A stretch of 52,300 nucleotides of DNA from a virus. Lineage: Duplodnaviria > Caudoviricetes. The notes under the pieces were generated by a model that was not told where the DNA came from, made no database searches, and saw only the letters and a program-made list of their open reading frames with translations. A program made the translations under genes and the position numbers. The stretch is from positions 1 through 52,300 of IMG/VR virus record IMGVR_UViG_3300014501_000025; one strand, 5' to 3'. Shown piece after piece: positions 18,101 through 26,808 of this stretch. The stretch's first letter is position 1. Each line of letters begins with the position of its first letter.

Positions 18101-18315
18101 GCGCGGTCCACGATGATGGTGCGCCCGTTGGCGCCGTTGCCGTTCGGCAGCGCGTCGCCGTTGCCATTACCGGTGACAACATCGTTAAGCGCAAGCAGCC
18201 GCCGCTCATGGTTAGCGGCGGCTGCATCCAGATCTGAGTCCAGTGCACGCAGCGCGTTCGCGCCACGGACCTGGACGTCGATGAGGAACAGCAGCGTCTC
18301 GGTTCGATTAGCCAC
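12136..18315 (-). CDS. tape measure protein with HTH, peptidase-like and SLT lytic transglycosylase domains
   Basis: 2059 aa, Ala/Gly-rich, follows chaperones; RESSG...INNWDSNA..G.PS.GLLQ...NP.DN.AAAIRY SLT motif. Confidence 0.92.
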   Translation of the reverse strand: MANRTETLLFLIDVQVRGANALRALDSDLDAAAANHERRLLALNDVVTGNGNGDALPNGNGANGRTIIVDRANGNGNRNSTPGASRDAIVGIRGRENPGSRNNPIVFAQESGEASGLGSLAAASGDTSRGERPAVRPAPVAAPAQSPDVQKSWLLQAAETVAATQRASEQSRMLDAIGAASQLRKNVGPSSNPLLAGAEQVAQAQAETSMIQEAARTVSAARLVKGAGGGSPAATLAGADAVHRASSPDMGTLASVLAARVASQQGPPVMLNAAAAASRLGVSRSRVYDLAGAGALAGAQKQGGAWQIPEQAVLDMMGGGGGGGGLPPVATGGGGDQGASPINWRRALMGTGMLGLAGFGTLGSFAGLGPEHLAMTALGIAGSAGGALGGAGLLGLGAAGTMAVGAGSDMGVMTSAIADTKTLSADYTSLAQAVGVYGKNSAQAHQAQAQLNYDMKNLGPGTKYEAQLAQQANALNTLWDQTTGHARLLSVQILDQVLSLASQMMPMVVSAAQRNLAIIDNDIRPLFTWLKGPEGIQIWSDLENQFATNLPTAIGAFNQGVELLLRTTQIASQYTGGFTQHLDDLFKRLNSENNGQLDAEISKLIGDFELWRHFVDALIIDIARLFSNDVGTGASIISELTQMLDKLGLWEQSVHGRQDLMTIFTVHKAEIDQLLQVLPLLVNAYMPLYMTLAPALTTAFTTVAKAIIDVVKAIEEIPGGALALGFGLIATKISFLVPLWTRLATAIGLTNKAQATNIALTDAQGGAVGKLTLTGDAAKAASGSGAGAVEGGAAGGALGGLLGRIGASGVGTAISGGVESATLGVAGAAEGAGMAGLAGAITGAGAAVAPVAAALLPLLAAAGGVYGLVQLFGLFSSGGTAPKSKYTGNQLAQLLQQQGKGALNQPGGVATGPSAHSLTGLGTPATGNPLQQQSPGATVSQLGSTQAAKQALDAWVKSVSNSTDVAKMSIPQLQGMVREGQALAQIFPQDAQVIDKFTNKVKTDLAPLQSVMGTMTSRWNSDAVTGLKGLTDIFDSNTRLIAHSANGEQLMHTNVQRMVFDVTNAMQAGETSVKLGMAAIKDALQKGMQDGAITWQTEWKDMFSTVDGLYKNHKIDTQTYLNDLRSIERTAVGHIASDTESSYQAMYAQLKQQYNDGYLTQAQFYSKVTGLRSQDKQNMAAWAENLLQNMMAAGAATGAGTLAVAGALNKILKELGAAPISVAQLAGGAAKNADLVKQEAAGYLPHGATGMKVNAPTYVVGEEGAAHPEYVLATNPAYRQRNLGLWAQAGSALGVPGFAEGGVSEPSSGTWQAYLRLMHGYWNRLAGSGDLPHGSSFPTFDLVRSTAWGPERTDTQSSSHHIEVPWWTADSATSSRAPGNMYATFEGVYEMGHALQSAATLRSAMRVSEGGDTAWDDIVFPKIGKGDWRTLLDPFQSYAAWVRENKGTNWILRGQFGGADSASDAVPGFAKGGTPGTVTAPGVSGGGTMGAITADALKEAAKAANDYITKKTPSSTGGGSVKGVPVHVSGSLASWLAQGMALAGVSGGAWLGMLERQAMRESSGSPGSINNWDSNAAAGDPSEGLLQTTLSTFASYMVSGHGNILNPVDNTAAAIRYMIARYGGGSSAQALSFMIANGGNAYAQGGKVGWAGNFADGGWATANGPTLAMFGENGIETAMFLPHYKTGGMPIPTGPATNEPQSSSVRSGNDANLPWANSSAINLVVGYLTDLLKGLTTTVSTMQTNAQNLSTLDSAVGGLNSGTSLKSLGLTGSALKATGMSASTLSAMMGGGPAMYAEEVNQASQQVTQYKTQQSQLEADYKIALETHNKTLQSSLLGELDTVDQAIITATQAGQAALVAEIQATAQQFADQATAIGNSLTSLQAIQGLTGGEDLSSLGLSPDILATLGLSGAQGQVGNALANYQTLATNQGGVLTAAQLAGATSGVNAQNTMLGQEEAPIEQELSYYQSQLPSLTGSNYTSTVATMQQLVQQLLGLQTSVDSNTSGLTALTTATTANTTATTTSTGAMTGTTSFSYQGQNGYMASLSSDSVTNLGVGS

Positions 18316-18336
18316 CGCCGTCCCGTCCCTTCTGCG

Positions 18337-18947
18337 CTACGCACGCGCTGCGCGCTGCGCGTGCGCTTGATCCTCACCCGCCAACACCGCCTGCCACACC
18401 TCGAGGTACTCCTCGGGCATCTCCTGCAACGCCGCCCACGAGCACTCCAGCCGCCGGCACAGCATCAGGTCCCGGAGCGCGGGCAGCAACACCACCCGCT
18501 CCTCCCCCACGTACGCGTCGAGCTTTACCGAGCCGCCCGAGCCGAGGATGAGCCCCGCGCGCTGCGCTTCGCGGAGGATCGCCCGTTTTTTACTGCCCTC
18601 TCGCGCCGCTCACGCAGCACCTGTTCGATGCAGTCATCCACCCACCGTCCGGACTCCTCGTCCAGCGCGGCGTACGCGTCGCCGTTGGGCGCGCCCTCCA
18701 GCGACCATTCCTGGCACAGCAGCTCGAACAGCAGCCGGTTCGCCTGCGCGGTGCGGCTGGCGAGCTCGATCATCGCGGCCTCGTCGTTGGTGCCGGCCAG
18801 CGTCGCGGGGTCGACCTTGTAGGCGGCGGTCAGGTCCCGCACCCGGTCGCCCTCCCCCTTGCTCAGCCCACCGACGCGCAGGACGAGATAGTCATTTCCG
18901 TCCTCAAACCGGCGGGTGGACGTGAGGTCAGTTTTACGCAATGGCAT
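18337..18947 (-). CDS. tail assembly chaperone, -1 frameshift product (lambda gpGT-like)
   Basis: Slippery A AAA AAC at 18585-18591; the -1 frame stays open (RAILREAQRAG...LQEMPEEYLEVW...) to TAG at 18337. Confidence 0.8.
18525..18947 (-). CDS. tail assembly chaperone (gpG-like)
   Basis: Between tail tube and tape measure; AAGGAG RBS. Confidence 0.8.
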   Translation of the reverse strand: MPLRKTDLTSTRRFEDGNDYLVLRVGGLSKGEGDRVRDLTAAYKVDPATLAGTNDEAAMIELASRTAQANRLLFELLCQEWSLEGAPNGDAYAALDEESGRWVDDCIEQVLRERRERAVKNGRSSAKRSARGSSSARAAR

Positions 18948-18999
18948 GGACGAGGGTTCTCCTTGCTCGAGGGGTTCAGGAAGCGGAGTCGCCGGGGCG

Positions 19000-19998
19000 C
19001 TATGCGAGCGCGGCGGACTCGCTGTTGCGGATCGACGCGCTGATCTCGTCAGCGGCCGAGCCCTGCGTCACCGACCACGACACCTGCTGCTGCAGCACGT
19101 CGGACGCGGAGCTCAGGGCGTACTGGTCCTGAGCGCGGAGGTTCGGCAGCGTGAACTGGACGACCCACGGGTTCGTGGCGCCGGTGATGTTCCCCGCGCT
19201 GGTGAGCGTCAACACGAACGGAGCGAGCGTGCTGGAGTACGCCGGGGTGGCGGCCGCGGTCGCGAAGTAGGCGTACACGCTGGAATCGAGGAAGTCCAGG
19301 GTCGTGGAGAACGTCACCTTGCGCTGCGTCGGCTGCAACCGGGTGACATACAACTGCCCGTTGCTGGACGGCACCGGCTGGGTCTGGTTGGCCGCGGTCA
19401 GCGTCGCTGAGATCAGCTGGGTGGTCGCGCCACCGTTCAGCGTCGCGCCGAGCAGACTGAAGTCCATCGGCTGCAGCGTGGCGATCGCGGGCGTGGGGTT
19501 GGACGGCAGGCCCGGGGTCGCGGCAGTGAGCTCGCGGATCCCGACGGTGGTGAACTGCGCGGTGACGAGCTGCTGCGCCTGGTAGGTCATCGTCATCTGA
19601 TCGATGATGTTTCCGACGGCCTTGCGGGCGAGGATCTGAGTGTAGATGTCGGAGTCGAGCTCGACCGAGAACGATGGGCATGACGGCTGCGGCGTCAGCG
19701 CGTGCGTGTAGCCGGCGCCGGAGGAGCCGGTGACTTGGTCAGAGCCGGTGCCGAACCAGCCGGCGATGAGCTGGCTGATGACCTCGGGGATCAGCTCGCA
19801 GCTGATCTGCGCGGCGACGGCGTGCGCGGTGACAACGTCGAGGACCTGCGAACGCGTGCCTCGCGACTGGGAGGGGGCGGTGACGGTGTTCGTCGGGTTG
19901 ATCTGCGCGGTGCCGGGCACGAACTTCGTCGGCGCGACGAACGTGCCGGGCGTGACTTCCTTGGAGAATCCGATGACCTGCAAACTTTGCGTAGGCAT
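19000..19998 (-). CDS. major tail (tube) protein
   Basis: IGFSKEVTPGT...YTH.LTP...PSFSVE pattern; position. Confidence 0.8.
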   Translation of the reverse strand: MPTQSLQVIGFSKEVTPGTFVAPTKFVPGTAQINPTNTVTAPSQSRGTRSQVLDVVTAHAVAAQISCELIPEVISQLIAGWFGTGSDQVTGSSGAGYTHALTPQPSCPSFSVELDSDIYTQILARKAVGNIIDQMTMTYQAQQLVTAQFTTVGIRELTAATPGLPSNPTPAIATLQPMDFSLLGATLNGGATTQLISATLTAANQTQPVPSSNGQLYVTRLQPTQRKVTFSTTLDFLDSSVYAYFATAAATPAYSSTLAPFVLTLTSAGNITGATNPWVVQFTLPNLRAQDQYALSSASDVLQQQVSWSVTQGSAADEISASIRNSESAALA

Positions 19999-20026
19999 AT
20001 GGCTACATCCTGCTGGCTTTCAGGGC

Positions 20027-20039
20027 TACAATGTGTAGA
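20027..20039 (+). promoter_or_regulatory. -10 element (TACAAT) for a leaderless HNH transcript
   Basis: TACAAT at 20027-20032, 6 nt before ATG 20039; no RBS. Confidence 0.5.
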
Positions 20040-20854
20040 TGCCAGCTGATCGGTTTTGGTCGAAGGTCGCCACCGGCGAGCCTCACTCCTGTTGGCTATG
20101 GACGGGAGCGCGCAACCGGCAGGGCTACGGGCTCGCCTGGGACGGCACTGCAAAGAAGTGGAAGAGGGCGCACCGAGTCAGTTGGGAGATGGCCAACGGA
20201 CCGATTCCGGGCGGCAAGGTCATCTGCCACGAGTGCGATACGCCAGCCTGCGTCAACCCCGCCCACCTCTTCCTCGGGACGCAGGGGGACAACGTGGCCG
20301 ACGCCATGGCGAAGGGGCGGCACAAGGACCCACATCGGGCGCGGGGTGACGCTCACTGGACTCGGCGGCGGTTCGCCGGGATGAGCCCGGCAGAGCGCTT
20401 CTGGAGCTTCGTGGATCGGTCAGATCCCGAGGGCTGCTGGCTCTGGCCATCGATGGACCCGGGTATCGGCTATGGCCGCTACTGGGACCCGACGACCGAG
20501 CGCCTAGTCCTTTCCCATCGCTACGCCTGGGAGCTTGAGCACGGACCGCTCGCGGCCGGTCATCGGGTATCGCACATCTGCGGCAACCCGGCGTGCGTGA
20601 ACCCGGGGCCAGCGCATCTGTACGGCGGTGCGGTCGCTCAGTTCTTCCGGGATCACCCGGAATGCCGTCCAGCCTTCAGGTCCCGGGCCGGAGAAGACAA
20701 CGGCTCAGCCAAGCTCAACCCGGACATGGCGCGAGCCATCCGGGAGCGGCATGCGGCAGGCGAAGGATTCGTCGTGCTCGCCAGGGATTACGGCGTTACC
20801 GCGACCGCTGTGCGCTACGTCGTCTCACGGCAGACTTGGGCGCACGTCAGCTAG
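20039..20854 (+). CDS. free-standing HNH endonuclease with two tandem HNH modules and C-terminal HTH
   Basis: RFWSKV..CWLW...[15 protein letters not shown] and RFWSFV..CWLW...[12 protein letters not shown]. Confidence 0.9.
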   Translation: MPADRFWSKVATGEPHSCWLWTGARNRQGYGLAWDGTAKKWKRAHRVSWEMANGPIPGGKVICHECDTPACVNPAHLFLGTQGDNVADAMAKGRHKDPHRARGDAHWTRRRFAGMSPAERFWSFVDRSDPEGCWLWPSMDPGIGYGRYWDPTTERLVLSHRYAWELEHGPLAAGHRVSHICGNPACVNPGPAHLYGGAVAQFFRDHPECRPAFRSRAGEDNGSAKLNPDMARAIRERHAAGEGFVVLARDYGVTATAVRYVVSRQTWAHVS

Positions 20855-21164
20855 TCGTCGTCTTCTTCGGCTGCCCGGCGTCCGCCGGCTCAGCGGGCGG
20901 CTTGACGGTCTTGGTGTCACCTGCGGTGCCGGTTGGCGCGGCGGCGACTGAGGGTGGCGCGACGGAAGTGGTGGCCGCGATCTTGGCGGTCTTGGCGGCC
21001 TTGGGGCGTGACTGCGCCTTGGCCTTGGGCTTGACCTCGACGAAGTCGGGGCGGTTCGCGCACTCGGGGTTGTCGTAGACACGGCCGTATTCGAGGTGGC
21101 CGATCACGGGGTCGTTCAGGGGCGTGCGGTTATCCCGCGGCTCGTAGCGCCACTGCTTGGGCAT
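20847..21164 (-). CDS. small Ala/Lys/Pro-rich virion-associated protein
   Basis: AAGGAG RBS; MPKQWRYEP...; lies just before the tail tube gene. Confidence 0.6.
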   Translation of the reverse strand: MPKQWRYEPRDNRTPLNDPVIGHLEYGRVYDNPECANRPDFVEVKPKAKAQSRPKAAKTAKIAATTSVAPPSVAAAPTGTAGDTKTVKPPAEPADAGQPKKTTTS

Positions 21165-21192
21165 GTCGTCTCCTTGAGAATTGGGTCGGCGG

Positions 21193-21654
21193 TCAGCGTG
21201 CGCGGCGCTGCTGGACCTGAAGGGCGATACGCACCCCTCGGTACGGGGTGCTGTCGATCGTCGCCCACACGTAGCTGATGGCTGGCACCGCGGATGTCGC
21301 CGCGATGCCGTCGACGGTGATCGCGGCGCCGCCGGCGCGCAACGCTGTCCGGACGGCCTGGCCGTACTCCAGCAGCTTGCGATACCCGGGCTGCTCGAGT
21401 GTCCCCAGTGCGTGGACGTTCTCGACGGGGTCGCCGTAGTTGTGCAGATCGTCGACGACGAGGATCGGGATGGCGTACGTGTCCATGTCGATCCCCGACA
21501 GAGGCTTGACGGTGTCAAACAGCGGCACGACGTAGCCGAAGGGCAATGCGGTGGGGCTTGACATCCCGGGATCTCCGAGGATCCATGAGATCGTCGGCGT
21601 CGCGTTCACGTTGGCCAGCAGGAACGCGAGCAGCGCGTCAAGGAACGCTTCCAT
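21193..21654 (-). CDS. putative tail terminator
   Basis: Size and position in neck module; AGGAGG RBS. Confidence 0.55.
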   Translation of the reverse strand: MEAFLDALLAFLLANVNATPTISWILGDPGMSSPTALPFGYVVPLFDTVKPLSGIDMDTYAIPILVVDDLHNYGDPVENVHALGTLEQPGYRKLLEYGQAVRTALRAGGAAITVDGIAATSAVPAISYVWATIDSTPYRGVRIALQVQQRRAR

Positions 21655-21669
21655 GCGGCGGCCTCCTGC

Positions 21670-22242
21670 TCAGGCGAGCGGGTTGTAGACCCAGGCGACG
21701 ATCCGGTTGGCGCCCTCGTCGGCGAGCTCGTCGGTGGCCTTCCAGAACGGGCGGGCGGGTAGATGCCACCAGTACGATGTCGCGGCGACGCGCTCCCCCG
21801 AATGGGTGGTGTACGCGCGGCGGTTGACGATGCGCCACGGCACCCCGAGCTGTTGAAGCGCGGGGATGTTCCATCCGTCGCGGTCCATGTCCAGACTCAG
21901 CCATGCCTCATGCTCGAGGGTGTCCCCGACGCTGTAGGGCCCGTCGCTGGTGGTGGCCGAGTCCATCATCTCCCCGGTGTCCACCAGCGGCCAGTCAGGG
22001 AACGCGGCGCCGGCGAGCGTCTTGTCCTGCACCGTTGACGGGTCCAGCGGCTCCCAGGGATCACCGAGCGCGGCGCCTTCGGACACGAACTGCTCGAGGG
22101 TCTGGCGGTGAACGTCTCCGACGATCCCTTCCAGCACGCCGTGCATGTCGTCGAGCGCGTGCTCCATCCAGTGGATGCGCGTCTTGGCGGCGGTGTAGCC
22201 GATCAGGTGCGTGTCGATGTCGATGAGCTCGAAGGTCGCCAT
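21670..22242 (-). CDS. virion morphogenesis / tail completion protein (Mu gpG-like)
   Basis: F.SEG...G.PW.PL.PST...LVDTG.M..S...LPARPF. Confidence 0.75.
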   Translation of the reverse strand: MATFELIDIDTHLIGYTAAKTRIHWMEHALDDMHGVLEGIVGDVHRQTLEQFVSEGAALGDPWEPLDPSTVQDKTLAGAAFPDWPLVDTGEMMDSATTSDGPYSVGDTLEHEAWLSLDMDRDGWNIPALQQLGVPWRIVNRRAYTTHSGERVAATSYWWHLPARPFWKATDELADEGANRIVAWVYNPLA

Positions 22243-22245
22243 CGG

Positions 22246-22629
22246 CTATTGCAGGCTCTGGCAGAACACGGCGATCACGTTCTGGTAGCCCAGGCCGTCG
22301 TAGTCTTGGATGCCGCCGACCTTGTAGCGGTATTGGACGGCGTTGCCGTTGATGTCGACGCGGCGGCCGCGGCGCAGCTCGTCGTCGGCGATCACCTGCA
22401 CGAACGCGGGGACGAGGAAGATGTCGGTCGACTGGCGCGCCTCGGAGCGGAAGTTCTCGCTCGGACTCGTCGATCGTGTCGACGCTAGGAGGGCGCCGGC
22501 GACCTTGTCAAAGCTGGAGATCGGGACGCGGAGACACGGGACGCGCGTGTAGACGGCCTGAATGGACTTCCCGCCGTCGTAAGCACCGACCATTCGCCAC
22601 AGGTCGCATTTCTCGGTGAGCTGGGGCAT
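22246..22629 (-). CDS. putative head-tail joining / head closure protein
   Basis: 127 aa with VPC and D.L...Y.V pattern; position. Confidence 0.55.
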   Translation of the reverse strand: MPQLTEKCDLWRMVGAYDGGKSIQAVYTRVPCLRVPISSFDKVAGALLASTRSTSPSENFRSEARQSTDIFLVPAFVQVIADDELRRGRRVDINGNAVQYRYKVGGIQDYDGLGYQNVIAVFCQSLQ

Positions 22630-23138
22630 CAGGCGCGGCTGGCGAGAATGTGGATCTCGTCGGGATATTCCGCCGGGCGCTGCTTGGCGTGGAAGCCGTA
22701 ATCGGCCAGCAGCCGGCGTAGTGACGGGAGGGTGTACCCCCATTTGTGGACGTTCAGCTCGGCGTCGACCATCGCGGTCTGGTCGCCGTAGATGAGGTGC
22801 AGCACCGATTCGACGTTCTCGGCGCGGCGCGCGTACTCGAGGTCGGGGACGCGCAGGTCGATCACGCCGGCGGGGGCGAGAACGCGAGCGAACTCGCGGA
22901 TGGCGTCGCGGCCGCCCTGTTCGTTGACGTGCTCCAGCGCATGCCAGGACTGGATCCGATCGACACTGCCATCCTCGAACGGGAGGTTGCGCATGTCACA
23001 CACCCGGTCAATGGGAATGCACTGGCCTTGATCGGGGTCCCAGATTCCGCGGGCGCTGGCGTCGCAGTGCACGACCTCCCAGCCGGCGGCGGGCGGCGGA
23101 TACTTGTTGATCGTGCCGACGACGAGGAGGAGCATCAC
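22629..23138 (-). CDS. class I SAM-dependent methyltransferase (Methyltransf_11-like)
   Basis: CDMRNLPFEDGSVDRI...HALEHV...EFARVLAPAG...VPD...H.WGY. Confidence 0.85.
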   Translation of the reverse strand: MMLLLVVGTINKYPPPAAGWEVVHCDASARGIWDPDQGQCIPIDRVCDMRNLPFEDGSVDRIQSWHALEHVNEQGGRDAIREFARVLAPAGVIDLRVPDLEYARRAENVESVLHLIYGDQTAMVDAELNVHKWGYTLPSLRRLLADYGFHAKQRPAEYPDEIHILASRA

Positions 23139-23542
23139 GCGCCGGGAGGGGCCACTACCTCTACCCACAGCCTCCGGTTGTAGAACTCCACGGAGGATGT
23201 GTTGGTCCCGCTCTCTTGATACTCCAGCTCATACGTGCGTTCGCCCGGCGTGGGGTAGTACTCGAACGACCCGCCGAAAGCTGAGCCAGAGTCGCCATCG
23301 ACGGTCGTCACCGTGTTTCCCCACCCATCGGGGAAGTCCGTCGCCTCGAAGACTTCCGCGCTCGCTGCGTCTACGCCCGCGCCGGCTTCGGTCTCGAAGT
23401 AAAAACTCAGCCGCACAAGGCCGCTGGCTGGAACATTGACCGTTACGCTCGGGCCGCTGAGAGCCGTCCACGCAGTCGTGCCTTGTGCATTGTTGTCCAG
23501 TGTGCTGGCGGTCAGCACTTCCGCATAGTTGCTACAGCCCAT
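23135..23542 (-). CDS. small acidic beta-sandwich protein (fibre-tip-like)
   Basis: AAAGGAAG RBS; WTALSG.SVTVNVPASG...TPG..TY.L.Y pattern. Confidence 0.5.
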   Translation of the reverse strand: MGCSNYAEVLTASTLDNNAQGTTAWTALSGPSVTVNVPASGLVRLSFYFETEAGAGVDAASAEVFEATDFPDGWGNTVTTVDGDSGSAFGGSFEYYPTPGERTYELEYQESGTNTSSVEFYNRRLWVEVVAPPGA

Positions 23543-23573
23543 GAGATTGGCTTCCTTTCGATGGTTTGGGGGT

Positions 23574-24344
23574 TTATCGTGGCCATCTCAGGTCGCCCCA
23601 ATGAGCCTCGGCCTCGCCGGCGGTCATCACGCCCCCCCATCGGTCGTTGAACACCGCCCAACTCTTTGCGCCGGACTCCTTCCAAGCATGACTATCGCGA
23701 CTGCGGTGTCCGTGGTGCCATACATACGCGTTACGGGCCAGCGCAATCCTGTAGCCCGCCCGGCGCACGCGCAGGCAATAGTCGTGATCGTCGGCTCCCA
23801 ACGGCATGTCGCACGCCAGCGGCCCGACTGTCTGCCATACGTCCGCGCGGGTCGCGGAGAACGCGCCCTGCACGAATGCCACGTCACGCGGCGTGCGATC
23901 GGCGATCCTCTCTGAGTCGCGCTCCCGGTCTGTTGGCCCCCCCGAAACGTGGGCGCTGTCCTCAAGCCATGCCGGTCCGCCGAGATGCGGGCCGACGGGG
24001 CCTACCAGCCCCACGCGGGGGTCGTGGAGGATCTCGGCTAGGCGGCGCACGGTGTCGGTGGCGGGAATGACGTCGTCATTTGACCACACCAGCATGCGCT
24101 CTCCGCGGTGGTGTTCAGCGACCGCGAGATTGATCGCGGGTGTCCACAGGAGATTGCGTCCGGGTCGCACCACGAGCACGCCGGCCGTATCCGGAAAGTT
24201 GTCGCCGTTATCCACCACGATGACTCGCGTCCCGATGCTCTGGTCCCGCGCCGCTTCGGCGGCCTGTTGGGCCAATGTCGCCCCGCTAAAGCTGACGATG
24301 ACCACCAGCGCCTCTGCCGTGTTGCACACGTCTCCGGATGTCAC
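23574..24344 (-). CDS. glycosyltransferase family 2
   Basis: VIVVDNG, N.....A.N, SNDDV, VGLVGP, FVQGAF, DDHDYC.R. Confidence 0.85.
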   Translation of the reverse strand: MTSGDVCNTAEALVVIVSFSGATLAQQAAEAARDQSIGTRVIVVDNGDNFPDTAGVLVVRPGRNLLWTPAINLAVAEHHRGERMLVWSNDDVIPATDTVRRLAEILHDPRVGLVGPVGPHLGGPAWLEDSAHVSGGPTDRERDSERIADRTPRDVAFVQGAFSATRADVWQTVGPLACDMPLGADDHDYCLRVRRAGYRIALARNAYVWHHGHRSRDSHAWKESGAKSWAVFNDRWGGVMTAGEAEAHWGDLRWPR

Positions 24345-25033
24345 AGCAGCCGCCCGGGCACGGGCGCCAGGGTCGGCTCGGTCAGGATGCTGTCGATGTG
24401 TGCCGGATGGTGGCCGGGAAGGCGGCTGTAGCGCTCGTGCTTGGGCGCGCGGTCCTGGGGGCGGGCGTAGGACCAGTGCAGGATCTCCAGCACCGGCGCG
24501 GTCCGCTCGTACAGCAGGCGCGGCGGCAGCGGGGGGCACACCCACGCGCTCTCGTACAGCGGCTGGAGGCGGATCCCCTGGTAGTGGCGGTAGATGCGGG
24601 GGCCAACGGATGGCTGCCAGAGCCCGTCGACGCGGTGCATGCTCCCGTCGGGGTTCCAGAGATGCAGGAAGTGGACGTTGAATGAGCCGCGGGGGTCGTC
24701 CTCGAGCGCGGTGAGGATCTCGCGGACGCGCTCGGCCGGCGCGGCGAACTCCTCGTCGGCATCCAGCGCGCACACGAGGTCGCCGTCCTGGAGGACGCCA
24801 TCGGCCATCTCGAGCAGCTCGTTGCGGACGAGATGCTCGCCGGTCTCATACAGGTTCTGGTCGCCGATCCTCGCGAGGTGCGCGTAGCGCATGATCAGCC
24901 GGCGGGTGGCATCGTCGGGCGCGTCGCCGTAGACGATCACGGTGTCAGCCCATCCGCGCGCGGACTGCAGGGCGCGCTGGAGGTGACGGTCGGCCTCGCC
25001 GGGTCCGACGGGCATGATGCACGCTAGTCGCAC
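24341..25033 (-). CDS. glycosyltransferase family 2-like
   Basis: D.VIVY.D..DD.T, RN.L, LDADE, ILHW.Y. Confidence 0.85.
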   Translation of the reverse strand: MRLACIMPVGPGEADRHLQRALQSARGWADTVIVYGDAPDDATRRLIMRYAHLARIGDQNLYETGEHLVRNELLEMADGVLQDGDLVCALDADEEFAAPAERVREILTALEDDPRGSFNVHFLHLWNPDGSMHRVDGLWQPSVGPRIYRHYQGIRLQPLYESAWVCPPLPPRLLYERTAPVLEILHWSYARPQDRAPKHERYSRLPGHHPAHIDSILTEPTLAPVPGRLL

Positions 25034-25728
25034 GCTGTCCCCTCTCGATTGCAGGCGGCACGGAAGATCTCACGGGACTGCGCAGCGACCCGGGCGCGCC
25101 ATCCTTCGGTGGTCGGCGACTGGTTGAACTCGTGGATCCACGTCGTGCTGCCCGTGTAGACCACGCGGTGGCCGCGGTGCCGGGCCAAGTAACTGAGCCA
25201 GGTCTCCTCGTAGAAGTGAGGCGTGTCGAGGAAGCCACCGAGCTCGTCCCATACGCTGCGGCGGGCGAAGTAGACGCTGCCGGAGACGGTTACTGCGTCG
25301 CGGGTGTCGGCAGTCTCGTCGAGGTGCAGCAGCAGCGGCGCTTGCCAGCATCGGAACTCGGGGGCCTGGTTGGTACCGAAGATCCCACCGTGGACGATGC
25401 GCTCGTCGCTGGTGACCTGCCGCGGGCCGACGACGGCGATCGTCGGGTCGGAATCGAACAGGTCAAGCACCGCGGCCGGCGGCTCAAGCATCCGAGTGTC
25501 GGCGTTGAGCGCGAGCACGAACTCCGCCCGGCCGTCATTGAGTGTCGTGTTGACCGACTGGGCGTAGGACCAGCCAGCCGCCTTCGCATCAACGACGGTG
25601 ACGCTGGCGAACAGCGGGCACTCGATCAGCGAACGCCAGCACCGCACGGCGAGCTCGGGCGTCGCGTAGTCGACGATGACAGCGTCCACGCGGCCGTCGG
25701 CGCTCGGGGCGCAGCGACGAGTGATCAC
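25024..25728 (-). CDS. glycosyltransferase family 2
   Basis: VIVDY, YAQSVN, LNADT, VVGP, VSGS, ELGGF, YEET. Confidence 0.85.
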   Translation of the reverse strand: MITRRCAPSADGRVDAVIVDYATPELAVRCWRSLIECPLFASVTVVDAKAAGWSYAQSVNTTLNDGRAEFVLALNADTRMLEPPAAVLDLFDSDPTIAVVGPRQVTSDERIVHGGIFGTNQAPEFRCWQAPLLLHLDETADTRDAVTVSGSVYFARRSVWDELGGFLDTPHFYEETWLSYLARHRGHRVVYTGSTTWIHEFNQSPTTEGWRARVAAQSREIFRAACNREGTACD

Positions 25729-26468
25729 GCCGCGGCCGCCTGCTGCTCGAGCCGCCAGTCCTGCTCGGACCAGATGTGACGAGCCTTCAGCGACGTGTCC
25801 CATAAGCACGTGAGGCCGTCGCGTTCGAGCGACTGGGCGTAGCCGAGGTCCTCGCCGGACTCGTGGGGCTGATACCGGCAGCCGAGCGCGCGCTGGTTCC
25901 CGAGCCACGCCGCCATCGGGATGTCGATCCGATAGGTGCTGCCCCACTGAATCCGATCCGGAGGGAGACGTGTCCACGCGCGCTTGTGCGGGTCGCTCGC
26001 GGCGCTCTGCTGCCACCAGCCGGCGTTGTAGGCGTAGGAGCCTTCGCCCTGCGGGTGCATCCACGTGACGGGCGCGGCGATGTCGCAGTCGTCATCGGCG
26101 ATCATCTGCTCGAGCCGCGCGATCGTGTCGGGGTTCTCGAGCATCACGTCGGTATCGAGCGACAGCACCAGGTCCGCGCTGCACTGGTGGCGCGCGATCG
26201 CGAGCATGTCGTTCCGCAGCCGGCCGAGCGTGTCGAATCGGGCGTGGTCGTGCCGGGGGTGCGCCGGCGCGGGATCGTGATGGATCAGGATGTCGAAGTG
26301 GTTGCGTGCAGCATGGCGCTGGAGTGCCATCCACGTCTCGTCGTGCACCTGGCCGGAGTGGACGAACGCGAACCCGTCCGGCCGGCGCGACTGCGCCGCG
26401 AGACATGCCATCCAGTGCGGGATCGACCACGCGCGATACGCGACGGGGCAGCCGACGATGAGACGCAC
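25725..26468 (-). CDS. GT-A fold glycosyltransferase
   Basis: LGRLRN, LSLDTDV (DxD), GEDLGY, D...KARH; GGAGG RBS. Confidence 0.8.
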   Translation of the reverse strand: MRLIVGCPVAYRAWSIPHWMACLAAQSRRPDGFAFVHSGQVHDETWMALQRHAARNHFDILIHHDPAPAHPRHDHARFDTLGRLRNDMLAIARHQCSADLVLSLDTDVMLENPDTIARLEQMIADDDCDIAAPVTWMHPQGEGSYAYNAGWWQQSAASDPHKRAWTRLPPDRIQWGSTYRIDIPMAAWLGNQRALGCRYQPHESGEDLGYAQSLERDGLTCLWDTSLKARHIWSEQDWRLEQQAAAA

Positions 26469-26496
26469 AGGGGACCTCCCCGTGTCGAGGGTTACG

Positions 26497-26808
26497 TCAG
26501 ACCTGCTGGCCGGGCCCGGCGATGACCAGGCCGGTGAACTGCTTCTTGATCTCGCGGGCCTGCCCGGTCATGTTCTCGACGAGTTCGGCCAGCGCGACCT
26601 TCTTGGCGTCGAGGCACTCATCCTCGGTCGCGATGCCCTTCTCGACGAGCAGCGCCATCGCACCGTTGACCGCGGCGGTGAGATCGGTCCATGGCGGCAT
26701 CTGGAACGGCTGCATGCCATTGGGGAGTGCGCGGTTGACCGCGTCGAACTCTTCGCTGGCAGCAGCGAGCCGCTCGTCCGGGGTCTGTGCGGGGGTCGCG
26801 TCGCTCAT
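26497..26808 (-). CDS. hypothetical protein
   Basis: MSDATPAQ..., ATGA coupling. Confidence 0.6.
   Translation of the reverse strand: MSDATPAQTPDERLAAASEEFDAVNRALPNGMQPFQMPPWTDLTAAVNGAMALLVEKGIATEDECLDAKKVALAELVENMTGQAREIKKQFTGLVIAGPGQQV

Noticed and set aside
18075-18175. NGNG repeats at the tape measure N-terminus
   Set aside because: Low-complexity linker with no supportable function
19000-22629. Contractile tail (sheath/baseplate wedge genes)
   Set aside because: None found; tube, G/GT and long TMP indicate a siphovirus-type tail
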